DNA from: an uncultured candidatus Porisulfidus sp.
GTDB taxonomy: Bacteria > Pseudomonadota > Gammaproteobacteria > Poriferisulfidales > Poriferisulfidaceae
Assembly (NCBI GenBank): GCA_965199755.1
Contig: CBDASZ010000001.1
Location: 96,001 to 160,000 of the forward strand
Direction: 5' to 3'
Length of the DNA: 64,000 bases
Position numbers and translations under genes: made by a program. Below are positions 54,470-64,000 of this stretch, one piece after another. The notes under the pieces are model-generated. The model was not told the DNA's origin. It was given only the letters and a program-made list of their open reading frames with translations, and did not search any database. How positions within the stretch are numbered: position 1 is the first letter of the stretch; the number at the start of each line of letters is the position of its first letter.

Positions 54470-55451
54470 TATGCGCCTTGCCATCACTCCGGGTGAGCCC
54501 GGCGGCATCGGCCCGGACCTGATCGCGCAACTCACCGAACATCACGTCCCCGCGCGCTGTGTGATCTTCGCGGACCCGCAACTGCTGCAACACAGGGCCG
54601 AACAACTCGGCAAAGCTCTGAACTGGGTGGTGTATGACCCGCAACAGCCGGCACCAACCAACAACGCACTGGAAGTCTGGCCGATTACCATGCCACATCC
54701 TGAGGTCGTCGGGCGCACCGATCCCTTGCTCGCCCCTTATGTGCTTGAGTGCATCAATACTGCGGCGCAGGCGTGTCTGGACGGTGAACTGGACGCGCTC
54801 ATCACCGGGCCTGTGCAGAAAAGCGTCATGCTGGATGCTGGCCTGGACTTTCACGGCCACACTGAACACCTGGCGCGACTCGCCGATAGCGACTCGCTTA
54901 TGCTGCTGGCCGCGCAAGACTTGCGCGTGGCACTGGCCACCACGCACATCCCTCTGTCCGAGGTCTCCAAACAACTGCGCCCGGAACGCCTGGAGCGCAC
55001 GCTGGAACTTTTGATTTCGGGCCTGCAGCATCATTTCGGCATTAGCTGTCCACACATTCGAGTATTGGGCCTAAACCCGCACGCCGGTGAAGGCGGGCAT
55101 CTTGGATCCGAAGAGCGCACCGTGATCGCGCCGGCTCTGGCGCGGTTTCACGCCCGAAACTGCCACATCGAAGGTCCGGTGTCGGCGGATACCGCATTCG
55201 TGGAGCGCGCATCAGTGGATGCGTTTCTGGCAATGTATCACGATCAGGGGTTGCCGGTGTTGAAGACGCTCGGATTCTCGCGCGCGGTCAATATCACGCT
55301 GGGACTGCCGTATGTGCGCACCTCGGTCGATCATGGCACGGCGCTGGAGCGCGCCGGCAGTCTGGCCGCCAATCCCAGCAGTCTGTTCGCCGCGATCGAT
55401 AGTGCCATTGAACAGGTCGCCGCCGTGCGCCAGCACCTGCAAGCCGCATGA
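54462..55451 (+). CDS. pdxA: 4-hydroxythreonine-4-phosphate dehydrogenase
   Basis: TPGEPGGIGP, GHTE, LNPHAGE, AMYHDQGL, RTSVDHGTA. Confidence 0.96.
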   Translation: MPDMRLAITPGEPGGIGPDLIAQLTEHHVPARCVIFADPQLLQHRAEQLGKALNWVVYDPQQPAPTNNALEVWPITMPHPEVVGRTDPLLAPYVLECINTAAQACLDGELDALITGPVQKSVMLDAGLDFHGHTEHLARLADSDSLMLLAAQDLRVALATTHIPLSEVSKQLRPERLERTLELLISGLQHHFGISCPHIRVLGLNPHAGEGGHLGSEERTVIAPALARFHARNCHIEGPVSADTAFVERASVDAFLAMYHDQGLPVLKTLGFSRAVNITLGLPYVRTSVDHGTALERAGSLAANPSSLFAAIDSAIEQVAAVRQHLQAA

Positions 55452-55849
55452 ACGCACTGCCGGGCGAATTTCTAACCGGCTGGGGTGAGCAGGAGATCCC
55501 GGCGGCTCTTTCAACGGTCGCCGCCGACGGCACACCGAATGTGATCTGGGTGGCCTGCCTGCACTTGGTGGAGGAAGACGCCTGTGTGCTGATCGCCGAC
55601 AACTGGCTGGACAAGACACGCCGCAATATCGACGCCACCGGCAGTGGCTCGCTGGTGATGCTGGCACCGCCACGACGCGCATGGCAATTGAAGGGCGCAC
55701 TCAGTTATCACGCCGAAGGCGCGCTGTTCGATGACATGAAGAACGGCTGGCTGGATTCCTCATTCCCTGGACATGGCGTGGTACGTCTGGAGTGTCACGA
55801 ACTCTGGCAGGGTGCCGAACGAATCTGGCAGCGCGACTCCTCCGAATGA
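55448..55849 (+). CDS. pyridoxamine 5'-phosphate oxidase-like FMN-binding protein
   Basis: LSTVAADGTPNV, IADNWLDKTRRNI, QLKG; coupled to pdxA and rsmA by ATGA overlaps. Confidence 0.75.
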   Translation: MNALPGEFLTGWGEQEIPAALSTVAADGTPNVIWVACLHLVEEDACVLIADNWLDKTRRNIDATGSGSLVMLAPPRRAWQLKGALSYHAEGALFDDMKNGWLDSSFPGHGVVRLECHELWQGAERIWQRDSSE

Positions 55850-56625
55850 CGCGGCCCCGACCTCGTCTGGGCCAACACTTCCTGATCGACGCCCACTGCG
55901 TCGAGGACATCATCGCAGCTGTACCAACGGGAGGCTGGGTCGTTGAAATTGGCCCGGGGCGTGGAGCTCTGACCGCGCAACTGGCCGAACGCGCCGATCA
56001 ACTGCTTGCAATCGAGAAAGACACCGAACTGGCGCAAGCCCTGAGCCAGCAGTTCGATACCAACCCCAAAATCACCATCCGTTGCGCGGACGCCTTGCAG
56101 TGGGATCCTTCAGATTGCCCACGCGGAGTGTGTCTGGTCGGCAACCTTCCGTATAACATTTCCACCGCGTTGCTACAGCGCTGGCTGCGCACACGCACGC
56201 ATTTCTCCGAACTCATCATCATGGTGCAGCGCGAAGTGGCAAACCGGTTATGCGCGCAACCCGATGATGCGGTGCGCGGACAACTTTCCGTCATCACGCA
56301 GTTGTGCATGAGCGTGCAGGTGCTGCGAGAGGTGCCCCCGGAATGCTTCGAGCCACCGCCGAAGGTGATGTCCACGGTGTTGCGCCTGACGCCGAGGGAG
56401 TCGCTACCAATTTCTGAGTCAGTGGTATTTGGAGAGTTCAGCCGTCTTGTGCAGTGCGCGTTTGCAGCGCGGCGCAAGACTCTGCGCAACAACCTGGCCG
56501 AAGTGCCGAAAACACTCTGGGACGCGCTTGAAATTGATGCCGGGCGACGCGCGCAGACCCTCACGCAAGAGGAATGGGTGCGCCTGTTTGTGGGCGTGGA
56601 GACGGCAGCCGCACGTGCAGGATGA
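55846..56625 (+). CDS. rsmA: 16S rRNA dimethyladenosine transferase
   Basis: LGQHFL, EIGPGRGALT, GNLPYNIST, MVQREVA, PPPKV. Confidence 0.95.
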   Translation: MTRPRPRLGQHFLIDAHCVEDIIAAVPTGGWVVEIGPGRGALTAQLAERADQLLAIEKDTELAQALSQQFDTNPKITIRCADALQWDPSDCPRGVCLVGNLPYNISTALLQRWLRTRTHFSELIIMVQREVANRLCAQPDDAVRGQLSVITQLCMSVQVLREVPPECFEPPPKVMSTVLRLTPRESLPISESVVFGEFSRLVQCAFAARRKTLRNNLAEVPKTLWDALEIDAGRRAQTLTQEEWVRLFVGVETAAARAG

Positions 56626-56672
56626 CGCAGGTTAGCCAGTATAATTACACTGCCAATCAGGAACGGGTTCTC

Positions 56673-57053
56673 ATGGCCACCGAGCCGCATCATATTGACA
56701 TTCAGGTCGAGACTCGTTATCTCGCAGAACAGTCCGATCCTGAAGATGATCGGTATGTTTTCGCCTACACCATCACGATCACGAATAACGGGACTGAGGC
56801 GGCGCGCCTGATCAGTCGGCATTGGATTATTCTGGACGGCGAAGAGAACCGTCAGGAAGTCCATGGCGAAGGCGTTGTCGGGCAGCAGCCCTACCTGGCA
56901 CCCGGAGAAGTCTTTCGCTACACCTCAGGAACCGTGCTGCAAACGCCAGTCGGCTCCATGCACGGAACCTATCGCATGTTGTGCGATGACGGCGAAAGTT
57001 TTGACGCGGACATCCCCGCCTTCATTTTGGCGACCCCTCATTCCTTGCACTAG
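56673..57053 (+). CDS. apaG: ApaG protein
   Basis: YVFAYTITI, SRHWII, GEGVVGQQP. Confidence 0.95.
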   Translation: MATEPHHIDIQVETRYLAEQSDPEDDRYVFAYTITITNNGTEAARLISRHWIILDGEENRQEVHGEGVVGQQPYLAPGEVFRYTSGTVLQTPVGSMHGTYRMLCDDGESFDADIPAFILATPHSLH

Positions 57054-57061
57054 CGACGGCG

Positions 57062-57898
57062 ATGGCAATTTTCGCAGTGGGCGACATCCAAGGATGTCTT
57101 GCGGAATTGCGTGCAGCTTTGCAGGAAGCGGGCTTCAAGAAAGGCACGGACACACTGTGGTGCGTCGGTGATCTGATCAATCGCGGCCCGGACTCGCTGG
57201 ATACCTTGCGGTTTATTCAGGATCTGGGCGATCGCGCCATCTGTGTGCTCGGCAATCACGATATCACCTTGCTCGCCTTGGCCGCCGGAGTCCCGGTGCG
57301 CACCCATCATCAGTTGCGGGAAGTATTGAATTCTCCTGATCTGGACAGCATGGTTGAATGGCTGCGACACCGCCCGGTGCTGCACCACGAACCCGAACTG
57401 AACACCGTGATGGTGCACGCCGGGGTGTTCCCACAGTGGGATCTCGCGCAAGCGCATCTGCATGCTGCGGAGCTGCAGGAGTTTCTGCGTCATCACCAGT
57501 GGGGTCAGCAAATTCAGTATCTGTATGGCGCACGCCCAAGGCGCTGGGAGCCCACGCGCAAAGGGCACAAACGGATTCGGTTTATCTCCAACAGTTTCAC
57601 CCGAATGCGCTATCTGGATCGCAAGGGACGACTGAATATGGAGTGCAAACAACCACCGAAGAAGCGTCCCAAAGGTCTGACGCCCTGGTTTCAGGTTCCC
57701 GGTCGCAGGACACGTGATGTCCGTATTGTGTTCGGGCACTGGGCGACGCTGGGTCTATATAACGAGGATAACGTATGGGGGATTGATACAGGGTGTGTGT
57801 GGGGCGGCAAAATGAGTGTGCTGCGCCTGAAACCGAAGAAACCGAAACTGTTTCAAGTGCCTTGTCCGGGCGCGGCAGTGCCGCCTGAAGCATTTTAG
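57062..57898 (+). CDS. apaH: symmetrical diadenosine tetraphosphatase
   Basis: GDIQGC, GDLINRGP, LGNHD, FGHWA, DTGCVWGG. Confidence 0.96.
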   Translation: MAIFAVGDIQGCLAELRAALQEAGFKKGTDTLWCVGDLINRGPDSLDTLRFIQDLGDRAICVLGNHDITLLALAAGVPVRTHHQLREVLNSPDLDSMVEWLRHRPVLHHEPELNTVMVHAGVFPQWDLAQAHLHAAELQEFLRHHQWGQQIQYLYGARPRRWEPTRKGHKRIRFISNSFTRMRYLDRKGRLNMECKQPPKKRPKGLTPWFQVPGRRTRDVRIVFGHWATLGLYNEDNVWGIDTGCVWGGKMSVLRLKPKKPKLFQVPCPGAAVPPEAF

Positions 57899-58040
57899 GA
57901 ATTATCGGACAGGTTAATACAACTTTGATAGATGAATCTCCGGTTGCGAGTACGGCCGGTTATTTCGCACAAGACCCCCGCATTAACCAGACGTGAGGCC
58001 CATCTGCTGGCCGGAGCCATGTTGGAGGTGCTATACTCAA
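57896..58040 (-). pseudogene. C-terminal remnant of a Fic-family protein (winged helix)
   Basis: Minus strand reads ASRLVNAGVLCEITGRTRNRRFIYQSCINL. Confidence 0.5.
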
Positions 58041-58212
58041 TTCTGAGGATTAATTTTGGGACTTATATACTTGTGCATGCATCGCAAATCCATGATGTAA
58101 TGCATGTTATCGTAAGTAACAAGCTGCATTTCTAATATAATTAGAGACAGCATGAATATACATGCTTAAAAACAACCCCGTCAAGTCAAGTATATAAGCC
58201 CCATCAAGATAA

Positions 58213-59112
58213 TCAGATTGCAGGGTTTGCGAATAAGTCACCAGTATTTTGACTTCGGGGTTTTGTATCAGTGCCATGCTCCCATCCGTGAAATGAAGGC
58301 TTGGAAAACGCGAGGCGGCGACTCATAACCTTCATCGCCTCAGGATTGTTGTCCACTAGAACAGCATCACGCCCCGCCCGGACTGCGGCCTCCCCAGTGG
58401 TCCCACTTCCCGCAAAAAAGTCTAATATTTTGTCGCCATAGTTTGAGTGAACGTTAATTATGCGATTGATAATGGCGATGGGCTTCTGCGTCGGGTACCC
58501 TGTCTTCTCTTTGCCATTCGGGCTGACAATGGTCTGCCACCACACATCCGTCGGTGTCTTGCCTCGGGCCGCTTTCTCGGGACCTACAAGAGCGGGTGCC
58601 ATATACGGAATACGGTCTATCTTGTCGTAACAGTAGGTGTAGTTGTTCGGATCTTTGGTATACCAGAAGATGTTGTCATGTTTGGTTGACCATCTTTTCT
58701 TTGATCTGGCGCCATAATCGTATGCCCAGATAATTTCGTTCATAAACGACTCGCGACCAAAGATTTCATCTAGTAGAACCTTGCAGTAATGAGACTCACG
58801 GGAGTCAATGTGGAAAAAAAACGATCCGTGCTCGGACAAAAGTCGGTATGCTTCCCTGAGGCGCGGCTCTATGAACCCCACGAAGTCATCAAAGCTGTCG
58901 TTATAAGAAGATTCATCAAGAATTTTTGTCTTGTATCGCTTTCCCTGAAAGCCGGTGCGATCGCCCTGTTCGTCCCTTACCGTTTTCAGTCGTTTGCGGG
59001 ATTGCTTTTTCCCAGTGTTGAATGGGGGATCGATGTAAATTAAGTCGAATGAGCCAGTTTCCAATTTTGACAGGACATCCAGACAATCACCGAAGTGGAT
59101 TTCCAATGTCAT
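58213..59112 (-). CDS. orphan beta-class N4C/N6A DNA methyltransferase
   Basis: LIYIDPPF (motif IV) before LDFFAGSGTT (motif I); YPTQKP; lower GC than neighbours. Confidence 0.92.
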   Translation of the reverse strand: MTLEIHFGDCLDVLSKLETGSFDLIYIDPPFNTGKKQSRKRLKTVRDEQGDRTGFQGKRYKTKILDESSYNDSFDDFVGFIEPRLREAYRLLSEHGSFFFHIDSRESHYCKVLLDEIFGRESFMNEIIWAYDYGARSKKRWSTKHDNIFWYTKDPNNYTYCYDKIDRIPYMAPALVGPEKAARGKTPTDVWWQTIVSPNGKEKTGYPTQKPIAIINRIINVHSNYGDKILDFFAGSGTTGEAAVRAGRDAVLVDNNPEAMKVMSRRLAFSKPSFHGWEHGTDTKPRSQNTGDLFANPAI

Positions 59113-59244
59113 CGTGAAAACATGCCCTCTGGATTGTGCGCCATATCTTCCGCTCTTGGATGAGACGCATAATCTTGGTTTTGGCAACCCTCATTATTCC
59201 ACACAGAACTCCGAAGCCCCGATTTCTGACTCAGCCTCCTGCAA

Positions 59245-59727
59245 TTATTCGTGGCGAACGAATTCTTGCATTACAAACGAATACGCATGCCGCGCATCCA
59301 CTTCCTGTCGCCGCTCGCGCAACAGTTCGAACTCCGATAAATCCGGCGACACAAACATCGTGTCACCCGACGGGGAAGCCTCAACGCGAGTCAGATACAG
59401 GCGATCGCAGTGGGGCAGAAAGTGTGTGAACAGCGACACGCCTCCGATCACCACCAGTTCCGCGGCCCCAGCGCAAAGAGCCACACCTTCTTCCGGGGTC
59501 TGCACACACTCGCAGTCCCCGCTTTGGGGTGTTCCCGTCACCACTATGCAACGACGGCGGGGTAGTGGAACGGGAAGTGACTCCCAGGTGCGTCGTCCCA
59601 TCAAGACAGGCTTATCAAGGGTCAGCCTGCGAAAGTTTTTCAGATCCTCTGGCAGGTGCCAAGGCAGGCGCCCATCCTTGCCGATGACGCCATTCTCCGC
59701 AATGGCCAGAATGACGGAAATGATCAT
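59245..59727 (-). CDS. folA: dihydrofolate reductase
   Basis: [29 protein letters not shown]. Confidence 0.95.
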   Translation of the reverse strand: MIISVILAIAENGVIGKDGRLPWHLPEDLKNFRRLTLDKPVLMGRRTWESLPVPLPRRRCIVVTGTPQSGDCECVQTPEEGVALCAGAAELVVIGGVSLFTHFLPHCDRLYLTRVEASPSGDTMFVSPDLSEFELLRERRQEVDARHAYSFVMQEFVRHE

Positions 59728-60518
59728 ACCGCTACCGGAGCCGCGATATGCGAGTGGCTTTGATAATCCCGCAACTCTATGTCATCGAAAGTGAACGCAA
59801 ACAAATCGGTGACTTCAGGATTGAGATGCAGTGTGGGTGGTGCGTAAGGCTCACGCTGTAGTTGTTCCCGCGCTTGATCCAAGTGGTTTTGATACAAGTG
59901 TAGGTCACCAAACGTATGCACGAACTCACCGGATTTTAGTCCGCACACCTGCGCCACCATCAACGTCAGCAAGGCGTACGAGGCGATATTGAACGGCACG
60001 CCGAGAAACAGATCGGCGCTGCGCTGATACAGCTGACACGACAGCCGATCTCCCGCGACATGAAACTGGAATAACAGGTGACAGGGTGCGAGCGCCATGC
60101 GATCAAGGTCAGCAACGTTCCAGGCGCTGACAATATGTCGGCGTGAGTGCGGCTGTTCACGCAACGACTGCAGAACTGCTCGAATCTGATCATGTGTGCG
60201 ACTATCAGCGCCCGTCCAATTGCGCCACTGCGCCCCATAAACCGGACCCAGGTCACCATGCTCATCCGCCCATTCGTCCCAAATACTCACACCCTGCTCT
60301 CGAAGAGACTGCACGTTGGTCTCGCCACGCAAGAACCACAGCAATTCGTGGACAATGGATTTCAGGTGAAGCTTCTTGGTGGTGAGCAGCGGAAACCCGT
60401 CGCTCAGGTCATAACGGTTCTGGTAGCCGAAGACGGCGAGCGTTCCGGTTCCCGTGCGATCTTCTTGAGGGCGGCCGTGCTCCAGCACGTGTCGCAACAT
60501 GTCGAGATAGGTCTTCAT
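59724..60518 (-). CDS. thyA: thymidylate synthase
   Basis: [33 protein letters not shown]. Confidence 0.98.
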   Translation of the reverse strand: MKTYLDMLRHVLEHGRPQEDRTGTGTLAVFGYQNRYDLSDGFPLLTTKKLHLKSIVHELLWFLRGETNVQSLREQGVSIWDEWADEHGDLGPVYGAQWRNWTGADSRTHDQIRAVLQSLREQPHSRRHIVSAWNVADLDRMALAPCHLLFQFHVAGDRLSCQLYQRSADLFLGVPFNIASYALLTLMVAQVCGLKSGEFVHTFGDLHLYQNHLDQAREQLQREPYAPPTLHLNPEVTDLFAFTFDDIELRDYQSHSHIAAPVAV

Positions 60519-61291
60519 GCGGGAGATCTCTGCGCGCGAAATAGTAACACCAACCCCACGATCAGAAGCGGCACACACAGCAACTGTCCCATCGTCAGCC
60601 AGCCAAAGGCCAGATAGCCGATGTGCGCATCCGGTACGCGCACCAACTCAACGGCCATACGCGCGAGTGCATATCCGGCAGCAAACAGGCCGGCCAGCAG
60701 CCCCACTGGACGCGGTGCGCGCGCCACCCACCACAGCACAACGAAAAGCACCAAGCCCTCCAGAGCAGCTTCATATAACTGCGAAGGATGGCGGGGCTCT
60801 GATCCCGCGGCCGGAAAAATCACGCCCCACGGAAGGGAGGTCGTACCACCCCAAAGTTCACCATTGATAAAGTTGCCGAACCGTCCGAAGAAAAGCCCAA
60901 TGGGAACCATTGGGACGCAGAAATCCAATGTGTTGAGAAGACCGATCTGATTCTTGCGGGCCCACAACCAGAAGGCGAGCACCACACCAATGAGGCCGCC
61001 GTGGAAACTCATACCGCCTTCCCAAACGCGCAGCACCATCAACGGATCCGCAAGTAAACGATCAAAGTGATAAAACAGTGCTGAACCAAGACGGCCGCCG
61101 ATGATGGTGCCGAGCGCACCATAAACCAGGAGATCGCTGACTTGATCGGGCACCAGCGCTGTATGCTCCCGCCGCGCATGAACCACACCCAGCGCCCAGA
61201 ATCCGGCGAAGCCCAACAGATACATCAGGCCATACCAGTGGATACGTACGGGGCCTAGCGCGAGGGCGATCGGATCCCAGTCAAGCAGCAT
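60515..61291 (-). CDS. lgt: prolipoprotein diacylglyceryl transferase
   Basis: [35 protein letters not shown]. Confidence 0.97.
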   Translation of the reverse strand: MLLDWDPIALALGPVRIHWYGLMYLLGFAGFWALGVVHARREHTALVPDQVSDLLVYGALGTIIGGRLGSALFYHFDRLLADPLMVLRVWEGGMSFHGGLIGVVLAFWLWARKNQIGLLNTLDFCVPMVPIGLFFGRFGNFINGELWGGTTSLPWGVIFPAAGSEPRHPSQLYEAALEGLVLFVVLWWVARAPRPVGLLAGLFAAGYALARMAVELVRVPDAHIGYLAFGWLTMGQLLCVPLLIVGLVLLFRAQRSPA

Positions 61292-61368
61292 AGGGGGAGT
61301 TTAACAAAAACTCCCTCTGGGATTATTTTTTAGGGGACTTAATAGGGGAGAGTTGACAAGGTGGTATT

Positions 61369-61694
61369 TCAGACTTTCTTGATGGTTGGCTTTCCGTATC
61401 GGTCAACCTGCATAACAAACTTGCGCTCTAGGTCAGCCTTCGTAGGCTTCGGTATAGCACAGCGTTCCATTCTGTATAGTTTGATCAGGGTTTCCCCGCC
61501 AACTCCTCCCAGTTTGGCATTTCCATAAATCATGACTCCAACCGGACGGTTAAAAGACAACATAAACACTTTATCCACATTGCTATACGTTTTTCTTGAC
61601 TCTCCCTCTACTGCAGACCACAAGGAAGTGTAACTGTGCTATCTGCCGATAAGGCTATAGCATCTCTATTCATAATGACAACTTCAACTGTCAT
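61369..61694 (-). pseudogene. frameshifted, truncated Ntn-hydrolase/proteasome-subunit-like gene
   Basis: AAGGAG RBS, then MTVEVVIMNRDAIALSADSTVTL; after a frameshift KTYSNVDKVFMLSFNRPVGVMIYGNA..ETLIKLYR. Confidence 0.55.
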
Positions 61695-61782
61695 GTCAAT
61701 TCTCCTTTTTGCTACACCAGAATCTCATAACCATTCGCGGCTCACAATATCTGGCTAATTAGTCTTTAATTTCGGGAATGCG

Positions 61783-61810
61783 ATAGTAGCCCCCCTCCCC
61801 CCCTTGTCAA
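61783..61810 (-). promoter_or_regulatory. sigma70-type promoter TTGACA-N16-TACTAT with a G7-A-G6 spacer
   Basis: Direct reading of the minus strand. Confidence 0.55.
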
Positions 61811-61882
61811 CTACAGTATGGGTCCGTATCGGTACTTAATCTGGCTGCGTCTTATAATTCCTATCCTGCTTGCTTCAACGCC

Positions 61883-63898
61883 ATGTCAAACCGTCTCGCC
61901 AACGCCTCCAGCCCCTATCTGCGCCAGCACGCAGACAATCCGGTCGACTGGTATCCGTGGGGTGAAGAAGCCCTAAGTGCCGCCCGCGAAAGCAGCCGCC
62001 CGATCCTGCTCTCCGTCGGCTATGCCGCTTGCCACTGGTGCCATGTAATGGCGCACGAGTCCTTCGAAAGCGAGGAAACCGCGAAACTGATGAATCAATG
62101 GTTCATCAACATCAAGGTGGATCGGGAAGAGCGGCCCGACCTGGACAAGATCTACCAGACCGCGCAAATGCTGCTAAGCCAACGCAGCGGCGGCTGGCCG
62201 CTGACATTGTTCCTCACCCATGACAAACGCATTCCTTTCTTTGGCGGCACGTATTTCCCGCCGGAACCCCGCCACGGCATGCCTGCGTTCTCTCATATTC
62301 TGGAGCGGGTTGCCAGCTGGTACGCTGAACATGCTGAAGATCTAAACGAGCAAAACGAATCCGTCTGCGCCGCACTCGGCAACATCTACCAAGCACCGGA
62401 ATCCGCGCAATGGCCCATATCAATAGCCTCGCAGACCGTCGAGGCCATGGCGCAATCTTTTGATGAGCGCGAGGGCGGCTTTGGCGGCGCGCCCAAGTTT
62501 CCTCGGCCCACCCAGTTGCAGTGGCTGTTATCACAAGACAACCCGCGCGCGCAGCACATGGCGACGCACACCTTGCTGAAAATGGCGGAAGGCGGCCTGC
62601 ACGACCACGTCGGTGGTGGTTTCTACCGCTATTCCGTTGACGCACACTGGATGATCCCGCATTTCGAGAAGATGCTCTACGACCAGGCGCTGCTGCTCCC
62701 GCTATACGCCCGCGCCGCCGCGCAGACAAGCTCCGCACAACTCAAAGTCGCGGCCGAGGGCATCGTCAGTTTCGTCACACGCGAGTTGCAAGATCCGAAT
62801 GGCGGTTTCTATTCAAGTCTGGATGCTGACTCCGAAGGCGAAGAGGGCAAGTTTTATGTCTGGACGCCCGAAGAAGTAAAAGAACTGGTCGATCCTGAGC
62901 ACTTTGATGCATTCACCTTTCGGTTTGGCCTTGATCGCGCAGCCAATTTCGAGGGAAACTGGCACTTGCACGGCTTTCGCTCACTGACCGAAACCGCCGC
63001 GCGAACAAACCAACCTACAGAAGACCTGCAAGAAAACCTGGCATTGGCTCTACAGAAGTTGCTGCAGGCGCGCGGCAAGCGGATTCGTCCGGGGCTGGAT
63101 GACAAAATGCTAACCAGTTGGAACGCACTGATGATTCGTGCACTGGTGCTGGCCTCCCGATTCATGAACACTCCCGACTGGCTGCAGCCGGCGGAGTCCG
63201 CGTTTGCGTTCCTGCGCGAGAATCTCTGGGCCGACACCCGGCTGCAGGCGAGTTTCAGTCAAGGGCAGGCTCATTTCAATGCTTATCTGGATGACTACGC
63301 CTTTGCTCTGGAGGCCGCACTGCTGCTGTTGCAGACCCGCTGGCGGCGCGAGGATCTGGAGTTCGCCACGCAACTGGCCGACGTCATTGCCACACAGTTC
63401 GCTGGCCCCAACGGTGAGATGTTCTTCACCACGGAAGACCATGAAGATTTGCTGGTCCGTCCACAGCTTCTCGCCGATGATGTGACTCCTGCCGGCTGCG
63501 CTATCGCTTGCGAGAGCCTGTCCCGATTGGGTCACCTACTCGGACGCGGCGACTGGATTGATTTGGCTCAACGCACCTTGCGTTATGCTTCCGGAGCCAT
63601 CATCCGCGGGCCGAGTGAACACGCACGTTTTCTGGAGACGCATCAGGCACTGGAGAATCCGCTTGAATTGATTATTCTTCGTGGGGCCAAAGATGACATG
63701 GCTGCGTGGAAGCAGCAGGCAACCGATGCCGGTCACGACGACTGCTACGCCATCCCCGCTGAAGAAACTGATCTGCCTGAGGGCTTGACCGAGAAGACCC
63801 CAGGCGACGGCGTGATTGCCTATGTGTGCACCGGCTTGAGCTGCGAGATGCCGATTCAGTCTCTGGATACGTTTGGCGAAAGGCTCGCTCCCCAATGA
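61883..63898 (+). CDS. YyaL/SSP411-like thioredoxin-domain protein
   Basis: [51 protein letters not shown]. Confidence 0.93.
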   Translation: MSNRLANASSPYLRQHADNPVDWYPWGEEALSAARESSRPILLSVGYAACHWCHVMAHESFESEETAKLMNQWFINIKVDREERPDLDKIYQTAQMLLSQRSGGWPLTLFLTHDKRIPFFGGTYFPPEPRHGMPAFSHILERVASWYAEHAEDLNEQNESVCAALGNIYQAPESAQWPISIASQTVEAMAQSFDEREGGFGGAPKFPRPTQLQWLLSQDNPRAQHMATHTLLKMAEGGLHDHVGGGFYRYSVDAHWMIPHFEKMLYDQALLLPLYARAAAQTSSAQLKVAAEGIVSFVTRELQDPNGGFYSSLDADSEGEEGKFYVWTPEEVKELVDPEHFDAFTFRFGLDRAANFEGNWHLHGFRSLTETAARTNQPTEDLQENLALALQKLLQARGKRIRPGLDDKMLTSWNALMIRALVLASRFMNTPDWLQPAESAFAFLRENLWADTRLQASFSQGQAHFNAYLDDYAFALEAALLLLQTRWRREDLEFATQLADVIATQFAGPNGEMFFTTEDHEDLLVRPQLLADDVTPAGCAIACESLSRLGHLLGRGDWIDLAQRTLRYASGAIIRGPSEHARFLETHQALENPLELIILRGAKDDMAAWKQQATDAGHDDCYAIPAEETDLPEGLTEKTPGDGVIAYVCTGLSCEMPIQSLDTFGERLAPQ

Positions 63899-64000
63899 CG
63901 TGGGTGCGCGTCTTGTTGCGTGTGATCCTGATCACGCGCTGGATCATCTGGGGCTTTTGGCGCAGCAGCAAAGCCCATATATCAGCCTTGCGCGCCAATC
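63895..64000 (+). CDS. 5' end of a downstream gene (unidentified, runs off the window)
   Basis: ATG overlaps the upstream stop (ATGA); open to the window end. Confidence 0.35.
   Translation, partial: MTWVRVLLRVILITRWIIWGFWRSSKAHISALRAN

Overview
A GC-rich gammaproteobacterial chromosomal window made mostly of housekeeping operons (rpsB-tsf-pyrH-frr-uppS-cdsA-dxr, glnA, argB, an RND pump, rplM-rpsI, pstS, ilvE-hldE-waaF, glyQS-gmhB-plsC, aroKB-dgt, mrcA, gltD-hemE, lptD-surA-pdxA-rsmA-apaGH, lgt-thyA-folA), six tRNAs and several small AT-rich accessory or decayed patches. The standout is a Type ISP restriction-modification locus (40819-46500, minus strand). About 1428 constant codons are followed by five homologous, mutually overlapping ~40-aa target-recognition (TRD) cassettes in different reading frames. 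Two coding-strand poly-G tracts (G12, G14) would select among them as a two-tier, three-way frameshift switch giving five possible C-termini. The conserved remainder of the TRD is a separate upstream gene with its own poly-C15 tract. The locus sits between an intact fau-ftr-folD C1 operon and a fau/folD chimeric remnant. Other notable items are a PIN toxin with an unusually large fused antitoxin, tandem stand-alone Cache proteins, an orphan DNA methyltransferase and several pseudogene scars. No CRISPR array, rRNA, integrase or transposase was seen. All family assignments come from motif recognition by eye; no searches were run.
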